Source: Alphaproteobacteria bacterium (GTDB lineage Bacteria; Pseudomonadota; Alphaproteobacteria; Rhizobiales; Xanthobacteraceae). From it: a DNA stretch of 36,125 bases. The position numbers and the translations under genes are program-made. Below the pieces are notes generated by a model. The model was not told where the DNA came from. It did not search any database and was given only the letters and a program-made list of their open reading frames with translations. Below are positions 34,270 through 36,125 of this stretch, piece after piece; position 1 is the stretch's first letter; every line of letters starts with the position of its first letter. The stretch is from the NCBI GenBank assembly GCA_034668865.1, contig JAXDOO010000003.1:1-36125 (forward strand), written 5' to 3'.

Positions 34270-34300
34270 AAGGGCCCGCCGGCTTGCGCGACGGGCCCTT
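34270..34300. terminator. stem-loop between the convergent ecfG and DUF1328 genes
   Basis: AAGGGCCCG (34270-34278) pairs with CGGGCCCTT (34292-34300) across a 13-nt loop. There is no clear U tail on either strand. Confidence 0.4.
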
Positions 34301-34322
34301 CTGCACTTGGCCCTCCCGCAGC

Positions 34323-34502
34323 TTAAGAGACTGTCGGCGACCGGCCGCGCAACAGCGCGACGACCGCAGAGATCGCGAAAAGGACGATCGCGACGAAGAA
34401 CACAAGTTTAGCCGCTTCGACTGCCACGCCTGCGATGCCGCCGAATCCGAGAAGCGCGGCGATCAGGGCAACGACAAGAAAGGTAAGAGCCCAGCCTAAC
34501 AT
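34323..34502 (-). CDS. DUF1328 (UPF0391) small membrane protein
   Basis: [53 protein letters not shown] is the typical family sequence. AGGAGA lies 6 nt upstream of ATG 34502, and the track start at 34517 falls inside that SD. Confidence 0.75.
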   Translation of the reverse strand: MLGWALTFLVVALIAALLGFGGIAGVAVEAAKLVFFVAIVLFAISAVVALLRGRSPTVS

Positions 34503-34538
34503 GGGACGTCTCCTCATTGTTGTAACTGCTGGAGAATA

Positions 34539-34564
34539 AACTCTGGGCGTTGGTGAATTGTTCC
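34539..34564 (-). promoter_or_regulatory. EcfG-type promoter candidate, GGAAC-N17-AGTT
   Basis: Minus-strand GGAAC (34564-34560), 17-nt spacer, AGTT (34542-34539), 37 nt upstream of ATG 34502. Confidence 0.5.
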
Positions 34565-34583
34565 GGCGGCAATGGAGCCGCGA

Positions 34584-34608
34584 GGAACCACAGATTGTCT
34601 ATGACGTT
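34584..34608 (+). promoter_or_regulatory. EcfG-type promoter, perfect GGAAC-N16-CGTT
   Basis: GGAAC at 34584-34588, 16-nt spacer, CGTT at 34605-34608, 30 nt upstream of the ligD ATG at 34638. Confidence 0.65.
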
Positions 34609-34637
34609 GCAATTTCGTTGTAATCAGACGCGGACCA

Positions 34638-36125
34638 ATGGCTCTTCAGACCTACTGGACCAAACGCCGCTTCGGGATCACGCCCGAGCCGCGCGGCAAA
34701 ACCGGAAAGCGCGGGGGCAATGCCTTCGTCATCCAGAAGCATGCGGCGACTCGGCTGCATTACGATCTGCGGCTTGAACTCGACGGCGTGATGAAGAGCT
34801 GGGCGGTGACCCGCGGCCCGAGCCTTGTTCCTGGTGAAAAGCGGCTCGCGGTTCATGTGGAAGACCATCCGATCGAATACAACAAATTCGAGGGCACGAT
34901 TCCGCAGGGTCAATACGGCGGCGGTACCGTAATGATCTGGGACCGAGGCACCTGGGAGCCAGAAGGTGATCCACACCGCGGTTACAAGAAAGGTCATCTC
35001 AATTTTCGTCTCGAGGGGACGAAGCTGCACGGCAGCTGGCATCTCGTGCGTATGCATAAACGTCCGGGCGAGAAGCGCGAAAATTGGCTCTTGATCAAAT
35101 CCGATGACGAATTTGCCCGCGGCGCCAAAGACCCTGACATCCTCGAGGAAGAGAACCTTTCGGCTGCGACCGGCCGGAGCCTGGATGAGATCGCCGGCGC
35201 CGAAGGCGCCGTGTGGCAGAGCAATCGCTCGGTGAAAGAGAATGCTGCCGGCTTAAAGCGGGCGCGTAGCGCGAAGCCGGCGCAGAAGATTGCCAAGAAG
35301 ACCGCCAAAGCCAAACCGAAAGCCGCAACGCGCGCGCGCCACGGCAAAAGTCTCAGCAAAGCCGGCAAACGCAAGGCGAAGACCAAGAAGGCAAAGGCCG
35401 ATCCGGTCCCAGGCGCGCGCCTCACTTCCCTGCCCGCTTTCATCCCGCCGTCTTTGGCACTTCTCGGCGTCACCGCGCCGGACGGCGCCGACTGGCTTCA
35501 TGAAATCAAGTTTGACGGCTATCGCATGCAGGCGCGGATTGACAACGGCGACATCCGACTCCTGACGCGCAAGGCGCTCGACTGGACCGAGAAATTTGCC
35601 CCGATCGCGGAGACACTGGAGAGCCTGCCGGTGGAGCAGGCGGTTCTCGACGGCGAAATAGTTTCCGAGAACGACAACGGGGTCGCAACCTTCTCGCAAC
35701 TGCAACAGGACTTGAAGAAAGGCCACAGCGAAAACTTCGTCTACTACGTCTTCGATCTGCTGTACCGCGACGGTTACGACCTCACGGCCGTGCCGCTGGA
35801 AACGCGCAAGCAGGCTCTGGCCGATTTGCTAGAGGGATCCGATCTTCCCCAAGTACGCCTGAGCGAGCATTTCACCGAATCCGGAACGACGCTGCTCAAG
35901 CATGCGTGCAAGATCGGGCTGGAAGGCATCATCTCCAAGCGTCGCAACGCGCCTTACCGTCCCGGGCGCGGCGGCGATTGGATCAAGGCCAAATGTTCCG
36001 ACCGGCAGGAATTCGTCGTGGCGGGCTACGCACCATCGACCGTTGACCCGCGCGCGATCGGTGCTTTGATTCTTGCGTATAATCGGGACGGAAAGCTGCA
36101 TTACGCCGGCCGCGTCGGCACCGGC
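34638..36125 (+). CDS. ligD: ATP-dependent DNA ligase D (phosphoesterase + ligase domains; 3' partial)
   Basis: Absent from the track because it runs off the right edge. MALQTYWTKRRFGITPEPRG...FVIQKHAATRLHYDLRLELDGVMKSWAVTRGPS is the LigD 3'-phosphoesterase domain. The adenylation motif EIKFDGYR has its Lys codon at 35508-35510, followed by ligase motifs (LDGEIV, FVYYVFDLLY, EGIISKR, WIKAKC). Confidence 0.88.
   Translation, partial: MALQTYWTKRRFGITPEPRGKTGKRGGNAFVIQKHAATRLHYDLRLELDGVMKSWAVTRGPSLVPGEKRLAVHVEDHPIEYNKFEGTIPQGQYGGGTVMIWDRGTWEPEGDPHRGYKKGHLNFRLEGTKLHGSWHLVRMHKRPGEKRENWLLIKSDDEFARGAKDPDILEEENLSAATGRSLDEIAGAEGAVWQSNRSVKENAAGLKRARSAKPAQKIAKKTAKAKPKAATRARHGKSLSKAGKRKAKTKKAKADPVPGARLTSLPAFIPPSLALLGVTAPDGADWLHEIKFDGYRMQARIDNGDIRLLTRKALDWTEKFAPIAETLESLPVEQAVLDGEIVSENDNGVATFSQLQQDLKKGHSENFVYYVFDLLYRDGYDLTAVPLETRKQALADLLEGSDLPQVRLSEHFTESGTTLLKHACKIGLEGIISKRRNAPYRPGRGGDWIKAKCSDRQEFVVAGYAPSTVDPRAIGALILAYNRDGKLHYAGRVGTG

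Noticed and set aside
1-36125. CRISPR arrays, rRNA genes, prophage or defence-system genes, toxin-antitoxin pairs, and long tandem or direct repeats.
   Set aside because: None was seen while reading the window. The only repeated elements noticed are the short shared motifs in the two structured spacers reported above and the recurrent EcfG promoter motif.

Overview
High-GC alphaproteobacterial chromosomal segment (Hyphomicrobiales/Rhizobiales-like; the taxon is a guess from gene content). All calls rest on reading the sequence and recalling protein motifs; no searches were run. Left to right: (1) the 5' part of an IS1595-type transposase gene running off the window; (2) a translationally coupled six-gene alpha-glucan/trehalose operon, glgE-treS/pep2-glgB-glgX-treZ-treY (541-14591); (3) a DUF2934 gene, a structured non-coding stretch and tRNA-Gln(CUG); (4) a three-gene module of unknown role: an exported 604-aa protein, a MacB/FtsE-type ABC ATPase and a 991-aa double-FtsX permease with His-rich periplasmic tracts; (5) otsBA, a convergent glucose dehydrogenase-GH15 operon, an ASRT-family gene, and DUF2188 plus a second otsA; (6) small envelope proteins (DUF992, DUF3309, DUF1328, an exported 108-aa protein); (7) the core general stress response (GSR) module, HWE kinase-phyR divergent from nepR-ecfG; (8) ligD (PE-ligase, 3' partial). 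The main hunt result is the density of EcfG-type promoter motifs in the right-hand 9 kb. Four perfect GGAAC-N16-CGTT sites and six near-consensus sites all lie in intergenic DNA, correctly oriented upstream of genes (second otsA, DUF992, exported protein, ligD, phyR, nepR-ecfG, kinase, DUF1328, DUF2934). One of them sits in front of a gene-free, three-hairpin element with C-rich loops, which I propose as a GsrN-like sRNA. A related structured element lies next to tRNA-Gln. The exported-protein/ABC module and the rhodopsin-less ASRT gene are the least explained coding content.
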